64,000 bases of DNA from Bugula neritina (GCA_964035545.1 OZ037765.1:29945504-30009503); one strand, 5' to 3'. Positions 12,598 through 26,597 are shown, numbered from the stretch's first letter. Made by a program: numbers and translations. The notes: generated by a model from the sequence alone, not told the origin.

Positions 12598-13725
12598 CTA
12601 CTTACTCCTTGAAGAGGCCATATTTGAATTCTTTTGATCACTTATTTTTCCTCTTTGAGAAAAGTCATTGATTAAAGTATACAATAAAGGCCTACAAAAA
12701 ATTAATTATTTTAAAATTTGCCGTTTACACAATGATATCAAAAGAGTATATAATAAGAATTTTTTTACTTGTAAGCATCTTCACAAGATGGAAATATTTA
12801 TATGGAAGGTAACCAATTGACTCACAGTTTACGAGACTGTCTCATAGTCTTGACATGAAGTTCTGATTCAATAAAATCCCTGCTGAGAGGCAAGTCTGAC
12901 TGTCCAGATTCTAAACACAAAGGATGTCATTATATATAAATAAGTATGGAAAACTCTACATTTCTGTGATACCAGTTATAGTCTTTAAGGCATGCTTTCT
13001 TTTCAAAAACAAAATCAATGAGAACTAACATGGGTAGGCAAGCAATAAACGTAAAAGTTTCTGCAGATGTAAATCCAAATAAGCAGCTGCAAATATTTAC
13101 GAGCACCATCTATAAAACTTACCAGATTTGAGAGTAGATGCTGTGTACTTATAATTATTATATTCCAGATACTCCCGAATCAATTCATTTATCAGAATGG
13201 TGTCGTTGTTAGGTTTGGGCTTAGCAACATCTTTGCAGTCCAAGGCATTAAAAATTTCTGAACGTATTCTTCCTCTAACGCTTTCTAGAATCCCACGTTT
13301 TTCTAATACATCTGCGAGTGCTGTATTTAATGGACAGCAAACAAATCATGAATACACCAAAAATGTATAGCCATTATATTACTTAACCACTGAAAAAGAC
13401 TTACTGTTAAATATGTACATAACCAGCATAAACTGTGATGCTGTAATTGTCTACTCTTTGTTTTCTTTAGATTCGCAATACTGGTAACACCAGCATTTGC
13501 CAAAAACAACCCTCCCCCATACATGCACTTGCACATATGTACATACATACATATACCTATGCATATATATATGCACATACATATACACATACATATACAC
13601 ATAATATATACATAATTAGGTTGACCAAGTTCTCTAGTCTAATGATCACATAGTTAAGTACAGAATGTAATATCTAGAAGCATGAAAATGAACAAACCTG
13701 ATCTTAACTCTTCAATCTGTGCCAT
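12598..13725 (-). CDS. CEP20: LisH-domain centrosomal protein FOPNL/FOR20/CEP20 (~134 aa); missed by the ORF track
   Basis: Exons 13725-13698, 13320-13123, 12910-12826, 12691-12598: MAQIEELRSALADVLEKRGILESVRGRIRSEIFNALD...LINELIREYLEYNNYKYTASTLKSESGQ...LPLLYTLI (TOF + LisH + PLLY motifs; short length favours CEP20 over CEP43/OFD1). Confidence 0.9.
13520..13612. repeat. Degenerate (AT/AC)n microsatellite
   Basis: acatgcacttgcacatatgtacatacatacatatacc...; explains the spurious MCICMCI ORF. Confidence 0.85.
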
Positions 13726-14779
13726 TATCATATACTCTACCACAAACTACAATTGGATTAAAACATACAAACTGGAAACACATTCACTCTATATGCTACT
13801 TGAAATGAACTAATGCAAAAATATGCAAAATCGAAACTTAATTCAAGGAGCAACAAAAACATAATATTTGAATTGCAAGCATTATGTATGAAACATGGTT
13901 GTAAAATGTGAGCTGGTATATAAAATTGTTATTTGAACTGTTTTATCATGAAAACACATCTATATTGGCAAAGTTCAAAAGCAACAGCTTTCTTAGTTTA
14001 CTGCAACCTAGAAGTAATGAAATTTCTTTTATGACCTACAATTAGGAAGAAGCTTTTTCCATTTCTTATGAGCATTAACTAATTTTCAACTTGCATATTT
14101 TGAGTTGAATGTCAATAAAAAATCAAAGTATAGTGTGCTTTCAGTGACAGTTGAACTACTTATTGCACTACCAGATCAGCCAAATAAAAAGAAGTTTTAT
14201 AGTGAGTGGGCTAACAAAACAAGTTTGTATTACAAGAGTTCAATTTATACTGAAAACATGCTACTTTCTTACTTTTAAAACAACATGAGGCTAAAACTAT
14301 GAAACTATTTGCAGAAAAAAAAACCTAACAGGCTAACATGCACACAAAGCGCAAATTGCTTTAAATGTGATAACTTGCAAGATATAAGTATAGTTGAATA
14401 GTCTAATTAAAGTGCAAAGACCAAAATGCCTCTTGTGTCATTTAAAGCAAGTTATGTTATGTTTATTATGTCATAATAATTAATAAGTAATAATTACTAC
14501 ATTAGACTTAGTCTTAGTCATAATCATCATAGACTTATCCTGCCTCTTATTCTTGAGGTTATGCTAATTCAAACTCCTGACATTTTTAGTACTACTATAA
14601 ATATAAAATTAAAAGCAAAACAAACATAATATTAAATATTAAAATCAAAATAATGAAAAGAAAATCTTTTTAAGAAATTCGAATTCAAATTGACATTTCT
14701 GATTTCAAGCTTCAACACCAAGTCCACCAGCATGAAACAATGTCAGTTTTTATGATGCTACTTCTAACTAAAATAACGC

Positions 14780-15050
14780 CCGACTTAATGTTTTAATAAA
14801 TTTAAATTAATCATTACAACAGATAATCACAATGAAAATTGAAAAGGTTTCGCAAATTGTTCTATTATAATGTCAAACTGAAACCTAAATTAAGATTCAA
14901 TGCGAATGTTTGTAAACACCGCCATGTCCAAAATACACGCTGCGCATAACTACTTTTGGAAGGGGTCGTCATACACCTACTCGATTATAAGAAGATTTTG
15001 CCAATACTTATGCTAGTGCTTAGCCTATCCAATATTACAACTTCTAAAAG
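14780..15050. promoter_or_regulatory. Probable bidirectional promoter CEP20 / ADPRH
   Basis: Head-to-head genes; local CpG cluster with YY1-like CCGCCATGT (14919-14927) and a GCTGCGCA motif, flanked by low-complexity zones. Confidence 0.5.
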
Positions 15051-15681
15051 TAGTTCCGCCTACTAATTCTATGTACTACAAGTAAACTTGTACTAGTATC
15101 AGTAACAGTATGTAGCATCTAAATTAAAAAGTTAAAATATCAGTAGTAATACTTATATAGTAATATTAACTAATATTTATACTAATAGTAATAGTAATAT
15201 ATCTATTATTGGAGCGTTTGATTGTTAACCTTAAGGCTTAAAGTTTAAGTTCTACTCTTAAGTTGAAGTTTTAAATTTCAACTCTCACTCTGAGTTAACA
15301 ATAAATCTGTTAAATGGTACAGTTAATGTGATGTAATTGTAAAACCAAACCATAAGTTTTAAATTTATGTATTTTAAGTTTTCAGCAATAAATATAACTA
15401 TAAGTAATAGTACTGTTTTTATATGTTTATAGTAATTAATTTTGCTTGTATGTTAACTTTAAGTATAATTTACTCATAGCCTTATAGTTGAAGTAATAGT
15501 TACACTAATAAGGAATACTTTAACTTATTGTAATAGTTATAGTTATATTTAAAGTTGATCTTATACTTAATCTTATAGTTATATTTATTTAGGCTATTTT
15601 GTTGCATTTATCAAATATGTTATGATCATGGCGACGCATATTGATATTATAATTATATGTTTAGGAAGCATAATCAGAATC

Positions 15682-18600
15682 ATGGCTCATAAGGCACTAT
15701 CACAGCATAGTAAATATTTAGCTGCCATGGTATTAGGTGGTGTTGGAGATGCTCTTGGTTATTGCAGTGGACGTTGGGAGTTCACCTTTGAAGGTGCTCA
15801 AATCCATAAAGAGGTAGAAGCACTCGGAGGGTTAGCTAATATTAAAGGTTCATAAATTATATGCATTCCTTTGCAATTGTACAATATTTTTGTAATAATA
15901 ATGTTGCTAATTTGTACATAGTGTAATGTAGTATTACTGTTAGTTGGGAATAAATTTGTATTAGTTGAGTTTGGGAATAAATCTTATCTGATAGAATTGT
16001 ATATAGAATAACTATTTTATTTTTGCAGTCGAGAAGCCAGCATTCTGTGTTAGTGATGATACTGTTATGCACATAGCAACAGCAAAGGGTATGCTCTAAA
16101 AACTGATATCTCTTTTTTCCACTTTCTTAAAAATTTTGATATTTTACATTTTCAATGTTATTGGTAAATTCAATATAATGGAAGACTTTTGAATTCCGTT
16201 AAACAATGATTCATTTGCACATTCTGTTGACAATTTTTAGTCTACTCATATAAGGCATCATGTATCTCTCCTTTTTGTAGCTCTTGTAACTAAGTCTAGC
16301 AAAGACAGAGAGAATGAGTTTGATAATCTTGCACATGAGTATATCCGTTGCATGCAAGACATGTCCGGGAGAGCACCAGGTATATATATATATATATAAA
16401 CCATATCAAACAGTTAACTAACTCTAACTCTGCCAACAACTGAAATTTTTCGTCATCCTTCGCTATATCAACATCTGCTGTGTTATTTGGTTCACATGTC
16501 GCACACAATCAACTGTAACTACTAATAGAGATACACCATGTAGTATCTAACTAGCTGCTCTTTGATGTAGGAGGCACTACTGTTGCTGCTTGCAATAATC
16601 TGGATACAAGACGCAATGCTGCACCTCAAGAAAAACTCTTTAGGTCTCCTTTTAACAAGAGGTATGTATGCTTTAATTTAACTTCATATCTTAGAAGATA
16701 GTCATTGTTATTTGGGGCACCTCATATTTGGCTAACACATTCTATAAATAGCCATTTCTTGTGTTACGTGATATTCATGTTTAGATTATATAATATAAAA
16801 GCTAGTCATTGAAACTTATTTCAAGCTTAAGGAACTAAAAATGCAGCATGAAAGCACTTTACAGAGATTTTGCAACTGTGAAAATGAGATAAGCAATGTT
16901 ATGTGTGCTGTAAACTTGATCAAACCATTTGTTTTTGCAGCCATGAAAGTAACACAGTGATTGTTCTAATGTCTCTCCTAAAAGTGTATACTTTACCTTT
17001 AAAGCATTTTTGTTTTAGTTGAATTGTACACATTATATAATGAGAATATCATCAAATACATTTGTAAAAGCATTAACTATGCTCTACAGTATTATCATGT
17101 TATAAATTACAGATCGTGTCTATTATTGTAACTAAAGATGCTGGTGTTGATGACTATAAAGTGTATAACTGTAGTGACGTATTGCAGAGCTGGTGGCTGT
17201 GGTGGTGCCATGAGGGCCATGTGTATTGGTTTAAGATATCCTGGAGACTCGGAATTAGACGATTTGATAGCCGTCAGCATTGAAAGTGGTAGAGTGACTC
17301 ATCACCATCCCGTTGGGTATTTGGGGGCTCTTGTATCAGCTCTCTTTACCTCCTATGCTTTGCAAGGTAACTAGGCTACTCTGTGTGACTACTAATAACT
17401 CTAGGTCTACTCTTTGGGATGCATTGCCTACTTGGTTTGAATAGATGTTTTTTTAACAATTACTTGTTGCAAGTTTCTACTACGAGTTTTTTACATAATA
17501 ATAGCCAAAATTTTTTCCATAATCTGCTCTACGTGTGAATACAATAGTCTAACTAAATAGACATGGTGTGACTACAGGTAAACCAATCAAATCATGGGGA
17601 GCTGAGCTGGTAGAAACAGTCCTTCCTAAGGCTAAAGTCTACATTACAAGTACAGGGGTGGAGGTAGAAGATAACCTAAAGCACTGGTAAGATTTTCAGC
17701 TAAAATATAATGTTATTCCAATGTATGAAATTACTATCCGATTGGTTTTAGTAACTGTTGCAAGCTGTTTTATTGGAAACAAGATGCAGGGTGACCCAGT
17801 AGATGGTGGTTCCGGCTAACATGAACAGGAAGTGAGATTTAAATAATGTTGCTATTAGTGTTGTCTCACCACATCTCCTCCCATTGTTCAGTGTAAGATG
17901 TTTAAATCTGTTTGGTATATATTATAGTTAGTACAAGATATCTAGTTAGTTTTTTAGCATCATTTCCCTATCATTGTGTTTACTGAAATAATAGTAAATA
18001 ATAGAGTAGAGTAGTAAAAGTAGAGTAATTAGTAAATCTACTTGAGGTTCAAATGTCGTATAAACTTACGTTCAGGTCGGATTTCGAGGACAAGTGGAGA
18101 GATTACTTGATAGGCAGACAGATTGCTGATGGAACGTCAGATCCAGTTTACCCGGAGAAGTTTGGTGTTGAGGAGAGAGACGAGTTTTACAAGAGCTTAT
18201 CTTATAGTGGGTGGGGAGGTGCGAGTGGGCACGACTCCACCATCATTGCGTTAGTATGCTATATGATATAATGGAACTCAATACAATATTGCTAAACATC
18301 TAACTTCAAGCATTTAGTATTTCAAACTAGTATCAATACCAATAATTTCAGTCACGTAACAGGCTTGTAATTTTAGTCATGTTGAAACATAAGATTCGCG
18401 TGCATCACATTTATGTCTGATTATATATATAATAATTTATAATATTATTATTAAATTTTTCTCCAATGCTGCTTCTGTAATGGTTTTTTTCTTTCTTTTT
18501 AATTGGCTCTATAATTTTAATATTTGTAGATATGATGCATTCCTTGGCTGTAAGGAAAGTTGGGATGAGCTATGCAGCAGGTATATTTAGAACTCACTAC

Positions 18601-19478
18601 TTTACCTGCATATAATAACTCGTTTTGAATGTGATACAGGCACAAGGTTTTGAAATTTATTGGATAGAAAGTATTTTCAAAAATAATTAAATTAATGTAA
18701 GACAATTCTCACAAATGACATAATTATGCATATAAATCATATCTTTTTTGGTACCAACTTGCACTAAAATGATTTCAGGGCAGTGTTTCATGGGGGAGAT
18801 AATGACAGTACGGGAGGGATAGCAGCTTGTTGGTTTGGAGCCTTGTACGGCTTTACTGGAGTTCATGAGAATAATCATCAGGTAATTGGAAATTTTAGGA
18901 GTTATGCTCTTCTTCACGCCCCCCCCCCCCCCTTACACGCACGCACAGTATCGGCTTAGTAAACAAATAATTGTTACTGTTAAAACTAGTTTTTAATAGA
19001 GTGTCATTCTCGGCAATAATGCAACATTTAGAGGTCAGAGTTTAGACAGTTTGAAATAAATACATATATAATAGGTGTTATTAGTTGATATGTTTTAAAT
19101 TTTATGAGTTTGTAAAAACTTATTTATACTTTTGATTCACATCTGAGTTTGAAGTCAAAATAGTGTTTAGAATATAATTTGATACATCAAATTTGAAAAA
19201 CAATGCGTTTCAAAAAGAAGTGTATATATCCAACATCTATATTGTCTTTCATACTAATTTTCTGGCAATGAAAAATAAGATTAAAAGCTGTTGAAAATAA
19301 AGCAGCAACTTATTTGCATGATGAAGTAACGAAGCTCACCAGATATTACAGTATCTTATTTAGCCTGCACACATGTAGAATTGATTAACCATTTTTTTTC
19401 TAGGGTTTAGAATACAGAGATGAGCTGAGTAAGCTTGCTGACCAACTCTACAGTCTGAGTCACCCAGCTAGTAACTAG
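15682..19478 (+). CDS. ADPRH: [Protein ADP-ribosylarginine] hydrolase ARH1 (~368 aa, 10 exons)
   Basis: Exons 15682-15847, 16029-16088, 16281-16379, 16571-16661, 17188-17366, 17578-17686, 18076-18249, 18530-18580, 18779-18881, 19404-19478. Motifs [64 protein letters not shown]; Mg-binding Asp residues present. Confidence 0.95.
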
Positions 19479-20985
19479 TAATCACTAGTAACTAGCAACT
19501 AGTAACTAGTGGCTGTTGTAAACAGTGGGTTGCGCCATTGGGAAGTTATATTATTTGTGCCAAGTTGCTATTCATGCAAAATCTTAGCTTTAATATGTAG
19601 CTAGTGATTATTTTCTATTTTTCAGTCATGACCAAATTCTTCTTATCAACAAATAATTGTTTTATTTTTAAATTTTATGCAGTGTATGCAGATTTTTTAT
19701 CATGTGTCTGCCATATATATTTATTTTATTGAAGTTATAGCATGTATTTTAATTTTTGTTTTTTTTTTTAGCGATCAATTGCTTGTAATATTTATTTATA
19801 TTTACACTTTATTTGTTTTAGTTTGTTAAATATCTTTCTAATTTTTATTTTACATATTATATCATATGTTATTATATTATATTTTCATTATAAATCTGAA
19901 TACAGCTATAGTAATTATGATACTCTTTCAAAGGCTCTTCTATAAAATTTGTCATAAGTTAGTATTGCCTAGTGACATAAAGTACAGATTATAGTTTTAA
20001 TTAATTCATGAAATGACTAAGTTAATTCTAATGATAGAAATGCAAAAGACGATCCTAGCCTTTCTTAACTCTCTTTAATTTTATGTATGATTCCCAATGG
20101 GAATGAGCAAAGTTTATATGGTAATGTTAATTGATTGTTAAAGATGCATACATCAAAATTTTCTGCAGTATGCAAAATAATTAAATTGTCACAGTGTCTA
20201 GTATTTTATCTAAATCTAGCCAATTTATTTCACACATGCACATGATCAACCGTGATGTAACTAATAGCTGTATTTGTATGCGCACTCGTCAACGCAAGCT
20301 TTTGTGCACCAGTGTATAGTGTTAACTTAGTTGATGTAAAGAATTCTAAAAATTAATATGGTGATATCACTTTTATAAGAATATTAGCAACCATTATCTA
20401 TGTTCTATATTCTATAGGAAACAATACAATCTACATATTATATCACATTTATGTGCATTGTAAAGTATTCTGGAAGACATGCATTGTATAATATTAGGTA
20501 GTCACCAAAATATTACGGCTTAGTTACATTATATAAACTATTCATTGAGTTGGTTTTGCGTTCATGAATAGAACTTTATACCTTCTGTTATCTTTCGTAA
20601 AAATATTAGCAACCTTGCGAGTTAATAGCTATAATGATATTATTATACATTATCATGCTTATACTTTGTATATATAAATAAATTGTGTACGCATGCTTGA
20701 TATACTTAATAGAAACAGGTATAAATTTATATGTATACAGAGTTATGTTGCATGATATTCCCAGTCTGGTTATGCTTTATTCCCTATTCATCTTGGAGTT
20801 CATACCATAATAATAATAAGGAGCTTAGAATTAACAAACATGCAATGAATGAATTGGGCTAGAAATTGATAATTCCCTATATTATATTTAAAACATACAT
20901 ATTTCAAAGCTGAATAAACCCAAGCTGTATAGCATTTTAGTATTTTAGTATTTTAACATTAGCGATGACAATATAATATGAATAT

Positions 20986-21179
20986 GCAAGACAGCCATGG
21001 TCTAGGGGTTAGAAAACTGGCTTAGTAAACATGGGGTCAGTAGTTCTAACCGCTGTACAAGCCAGTGGTGGTGTTAGAAAAAGCATCCAGTCATAAGTAC
21101 AAATAAGTCCTTTGCCTGCTTTAAAAAAACCTTACCATCGGAGTTTTTACAGAAATAGTGACTATAAACTTGCGTGAGT
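20986..21179 (+). mobile_element. tRNA-derived SINE, copy 1
   Basis: A box TGGTCTAGGGG, degraded B box, core ggtgttagaaaaagcatccagtcataa, tail gactataaacttgcgtgagt; co-linear with the copy at 55474-55682. Confidence 0.85.
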
Positions 21180-21248
21180 TTTTATTAAGACGATCATTTT
21201 TAAAAAAATCGCATTGAAGAGTAACTCAAACAGTCTTTTTACACATCA

Positions 21249-23611
21249 CTAGTTAGTTGAGTTGTTGGATATGAGTAAAGACAACCTCCACCAGGAAAGA
21301 AAAGTAAGAGAAAATAAAATGGCCGACATCCAGGCTACATAGAGCGACCAATCAGGATACATCGTATAACACTCGCACATTGCAGGAGGAACTTCTGTGA
21401 AGGTAGAGCATGTTTTCATTTCCTTATTTATTTTCACGTGCATTACAATCAGTGCCAGCAAAGTGTAGAATGCTGTATGGAAAAATAACACAGAATACTG
21501 GAAAAATAACACAGAATACTAACATGGATGTTGTCATATTATTATAACAACGACAATTATATAAAATGACGTAACATTGTATAATTTATCATGTATACAT
21601 ATGAAACAATATAACATGGTGTAATTTACTATAATATTGTAATACATAGAGCTAATAGATAGACATGCAGATAAAGTTGACTGAATATTTTGAGCACCAT
21701 AGATATAATATAATGATGATATCTCAAGTGCTGCAGCAAAGGTTAATGGGAAGACGACTCACCAGCCAGGAAAAACATAATTCCTGTAATGAGGAGACAA
21801 ATCACCTGGTCGGCTATTAGACCAATCAGAGCTGTGATAATTGATACAAAGAGAATTAGTGCGACTAATATGAGACAAGCTATAGCAGCATTCCTCATTT
21901 CTACAAAATAATACAAGTAAAATTAAAGCCAGTCAAGAATGACATTTGAGTATACAACGTTCACAAACAAATAATATCTAATCAGGATAATAAAAAACAT
22001 TAAAACTGTAAAATATGTATCAAAATTCAAATAGCTATGTCTCGTAATGCATAGACAATGATACGTATAGATGTAAACATAACTGTATTGTGTGTTCATC
22101 CACTAACACATCTGCAATATTAAAATATTAATTATACTCATAGTAAATGTCACTCAGTCTCTCACCATAGTATATTGGTATAGAATGACTTGGAATTGAT
22201 TGCAATCAAAAAATGATTGGTTGGAAAACTTTTAATATATGAATTTGTAGTTAGATATGAGACATGGAGACTCACGAATATAATAAATGGTATTTCGGGA
22301 CAGATAGGCTTTAGCTTTTTGATAATCAAACAAAAAGTTGAAACACTCTTCCTTGTCTCCATATATTAACTTTTGAGATTGATCTACAATAATGAGAGGT
22401 TTGCAAAATTAAAATACATAAGCCATAAAGCGTATGTTTATTTCTCTATAGCTGCAATACTATATGATACTGCCAATACATTATATTATATTATGCTATA
22501 TTATATTATATTATATTATGCTTGTGTAAGTTGAAACTAACATTAACTAAACTTCTAGAATAATGAAAGCACAATAACTTATGTGTAACAGCATAATAAT
22601 GTTAGTATAAATAACATGCAGCTATATTTATAATTGAAAAATTAAAGGTTACCTCCTACTTCAATCTTTAACTTATGAGCTAAATTGAGCTCTTCAGGCA
22701 ATGCTCACATCAAAAGTCATACTTTCTGACTAAATTTTAAACTAACATTCAAGTTTTCATTATTATCAAAGTACATATTTTTCAAAATTGTTATACATTA
22801 TTTGAGATTCTTCAAGTTGGGTGAGAAATAATTCACTGCTAGTAACTAAATAAAAGGCTGATATAAAGCTGACACTCAGTGACATGTGGTCTAAGGTGCT
22901 AGTGTTACATCATGTAGTCTGAAGTGTCTACCATCTGTTTAGAGTTTCATGTTCCAATTCAGAATGAAGCCTCACCCCTCACTTATAATTGAATTTATGA
23001 TACAGTGTCATTTTTTAGCTATAGCTTCAATTTAGTAGTGTCTTCAACAATAAGTAATGTGTGAGCTTATTTTTATTACAAATTATTATCAAAAATTGGC
23101 AAAAACCAACAAAATAGCACTTCTTGACAATAACATATTGTGCCTTGAACTCGTTTGCTACTCTATAAATTTATACATTTTGTTTATAAACTTAAGATAA
23201 TAACATTTATATTTAAAAATTTCTCATTCAATAATTAATTTCATCACCATATTGCCTTTTGCAAATTTCTTGGCTTCGCAGTAGGCACAATGTTTTTGCT
23301 ACAAGTATAGCTGGGGGAGGCAACTTCTCACCTGACAGCTTGTTACACAAACTCCATATTCCAGCAAAACGGCTGTGAATAAAGTACTTCTGAGAGCTGT
23401 GGTGGTGAGTCACTGTTAGGAAGTCCTCATACGCAGCTATATTCGTGGCATTATCACCTTTAGATATGATGCATATGTCATCGTAGATGTGATATTCCCA
23501 ATGAGTGGTGGACAGCGATATCGAAATAGTCAATAGTGAAAGGATCATCAAGCATATAGAAAGCCGGAGAAATGTGGGAACATCGTCAACAATATCTAAA
23601 TGTCGAGCCAT
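21249..23611 (-). CDS. PMP22/EMP/claudin superfamily tetraspan protein (~249 aa, TMEM178-like)
   Basis: Exons 23611-23332, 22383-22276, 21900-21763, 21472-21249 (all phase 1). TM1-STTHW...GIWSLC...C signature, three further TM helices, DWSLYVAW before TM4. Confidence 0.85.
22479..22520. repeat. (TATTA)n microsatellite
   Basis: cattatattatattatgctatattatattatattatattatg. Confidence 0.8.
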
Positions 23612-26453
23612 TTCTACAATTTATTAATTAAATGTATCAATTCCAGGACTGAAGACAATGCATGCAGTTTACTGTTTAAAATTGCATAATCTGTATAGTA
23701 TATAAGTAACACTATTTAAAGGTTTTCCTGTCATCCAACACTTTTCTATACAATTCTACAAAACTCGCAATTATATTTTAATCTATTTAACGGAGTGCTT
23801 TGTGTGTATGTAAAAATATACTTTTTTATGAGTGTGAAGATAAAAAAAGACATTCAAATCATATCTTTTTTCTCTTTGATAGCATAGATTTTTCTGATGC
23901 AAATCCAATTATTTTTGTGGAAGTAAAATTAAAAGCTACTAAATTACTGCAAAATTATACTATTTTTTCTACACAAAAACTAAGCAAGCAAGGCAAGCGC
24001 TAGAATTTCAGCAAACATTTTACATGCCTATAACATTGCCTTTATAAATTTATGTTTGTGCAAAATATAGAACAGTATAGATTACAACATTTAAAGTTTT
24101 ATTGCCAAGTATTTATACTTGTGTGGTTATAGGAAAAAGGACAGCGAAATTTATTATGTTGGAAATACTCAAATGTTTTCTTCATTTTTCATGTTATATT
24201 GAATGCTCCCGGCATAAAAAAACTACATCAGAAAAGCAAATTCTCTGATATAGAATGGCAAAATTGCCATTTAAGCAATTTGTGTATGGTTAGAAAATAC
24301 CTAAAAGTTGTAGATCGAGGTTTACTTTTTAAAAAAAACCTCAACTTTGTGCTAATAATTAAGTTATAATTAGTTTTTAATGATGTCAAACAAGTGCCAT
24401 ATATGACAGATAACCTTTGACATTATTAATTATTAACTGCCTTATAATAAAAACTAACTTATATTTATGTACTTTATTAAATTTATAGTGTAAGATATAT
24501 TTTTGTTCTGTATATAAGAAGTCTGCGCTAAATAAAGCTATAATATATTGTGCTTTTATAATTTAATTAATTTTAATTATATTCTAAGAATTTTGCCCAG
24601 TCTGTTTTTGCCTTGTGTGTGCTTCATTATGCTCCAACCAAACTCAGGACCTCTGATTTATGTACAAATCAATTCATTTAATCATAATTATTATTTCAAA
24701 GGCCTTTAAATAAATTTATGTAAATTTTTACTTGTCTTGTTGAGCCACCCTATACCACAACAAATATATATTAGAATATAATAAATAACTTTCAAGTGCT
24801 GAATGTTTATCAACAGATGACAACAATATAAACCTGACAGGTTGTTGTGACACCTTGGAGAACTGACACATACCTGTCAAAGAGATGTTCCTTCTTCAAT
24901 CTCAAGTAGCCCCATATTATCCGAGTGCTTCTAGCAATATGCACTTCACTAAAATAGATAATTAGCAAATGTTAGGCCTTTCAAAATGCTTTTATATATA
25001 AAGTTTAGAGCCTCTAGTGAAATTTTACTCGTACAAACTTATTGATTCACTCAGCTTGGATACTGTCAATGCTAGAGCTTTTACTAAATGAAATATTATT
25101 TGTCATGCAGAAAGTAAAATGCTACGGTGCCCAATGACTGTGATGTAATTGGTTATGCTGAGACAACAGATAAATGCTTTGTAACTTCTACTGGAAGCTA
25201 TATTATATTACAGTTGTAGTTTCTTGAGGATGAAAAAGAAGTGTAAATCAATAAATTAGCTAGTTTGGGTAGAAAAGCTTCTAACAACATAACTAATAGC
25301 CTGGATACTAGTAGAAACATGTATTTAGAGCAGCTGTTTGTTCTGCTTTGATATGAAATACTGTCCAACAGCCCTAACTGTTATATAATGAATATAACAA
25401 GAGGTCCCATAATGAATTAGTACTAGCAATTTCACAACAACAACAAACAAATCAATATATAATATTCTATAAGGTTTAAGTTAGGCATGCCAATAACCTT
25501 TATAGAATGTGTTAATACAAGCTAATGAAAATAAGATGGCTGAAACTTGAAGATTACAATGGAATAGCACATTGACTCTAAATTTTATTTTTTTAATTTT
25601 TCTAACTTCAAAAAGTAATCTTCAATACCTACCTATGCTTTAATATAGTATTAAACCCATAAATTTATATAAAATAGCATACATGTGCCAAGTGTCTGGC
25701 ATATTATCGTTGTATATGAATGCTTGTCACATATCATTATTAAAGCAGTTGCACTCAAGTGAAATCCAAGACCATGAATAAGAATCTTGAACAAAAAATG
25801 TTACAATCTTTTGGTTTTTGTGGGAGAAAGATTATAGGAACTCCTTTCTATTATACTAAACTTATAGTCTATAAGGAAGACAACTTCCAAGAGTGTAACC
25901 TTTAACCTTGTACATATAAACAGTTTTGGGGATAAAGGATGCAGCAGTGAACATGGCAATCCTGGCTAGCTGATATAGAAGCAGCAGCAAAAGTTACTAC
26001 CTCTTTATGATAATCTAAATCAAATAGGAGAAAACTCAGAAAACTTAGTTTTTTAAACCACAATCAATGACTTAGCACCGTCACACATTCTATAGTATTA
26101 TCAAGTGTTACAGTTCCTAGTTTAGGCTAAGTAGTGTCTCTGTGCTTGTTACTATTTTTGTGAATAACTACTCTAAACACTCCTTTTGTTCATAAAGATA
26201 CTCTGTACTCGGGTTTCGGTGGTGCAAGTACAAAATCGCTGTTTTAGGTAGGGTATAGGACAGGACAAAGCGGAGATAGATGAGAAAAAATAGGTGAGTG
26301 TTTGTAGCCAAGGTAATTTGTTGCTAACTCATTTAATCTGCTGATAACAACCTAAACTCAAGAAAGTTTGCAAATCACTGCTTGAGAAAAAATGCGGTTT
26401 TATGAGATTTTCAATTTCTTCTTGAAAATAAAATTTTTATATATTTGTTCTAT

Positions 26454-26597
26454 TCACACCTTTCACACCTATAGTCCTGTACGGGTGACCAGTCTTCCAA
26501 TCTCTATCAGCGTCCGCCATCTTTCCCGGTCTTCTGCATCCTCTGGTTTAAGGCCCCAACGCTTTATGTCATCTCCTATCGTGTCCATCCATCTCCG
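26454..26597 (-). mobile_element. 5'-truncated RTE-clade LINE (144 bp) with 10-bp TSD
   Basis: Minus strand encodes (K)RRWMDTIGDDIKRWGLKPEDAEDRERWRTLI..., the typical RTE ORF C-terminus, then a GTGTGAAAGGTGTGA tail; TSD tttgttctat at 26444-26453 and 26598-26607. Confidence 0.88.

Noticed and set aside
18779-18810. ADPRH GDNDS instead of GDSDS as a sign of a dead enzyme
   Set aside because: The metal-binding Asp/Asp/Ser positions and the SDDT motif are intact; the change is at a variable position.
19468-19510. ACTAGTA repeats across the ADPRH stop as a readthrough signal
   Set aside because: TAG is immediately followed by TAA and further stops; simple 7-nt slippage repeat.
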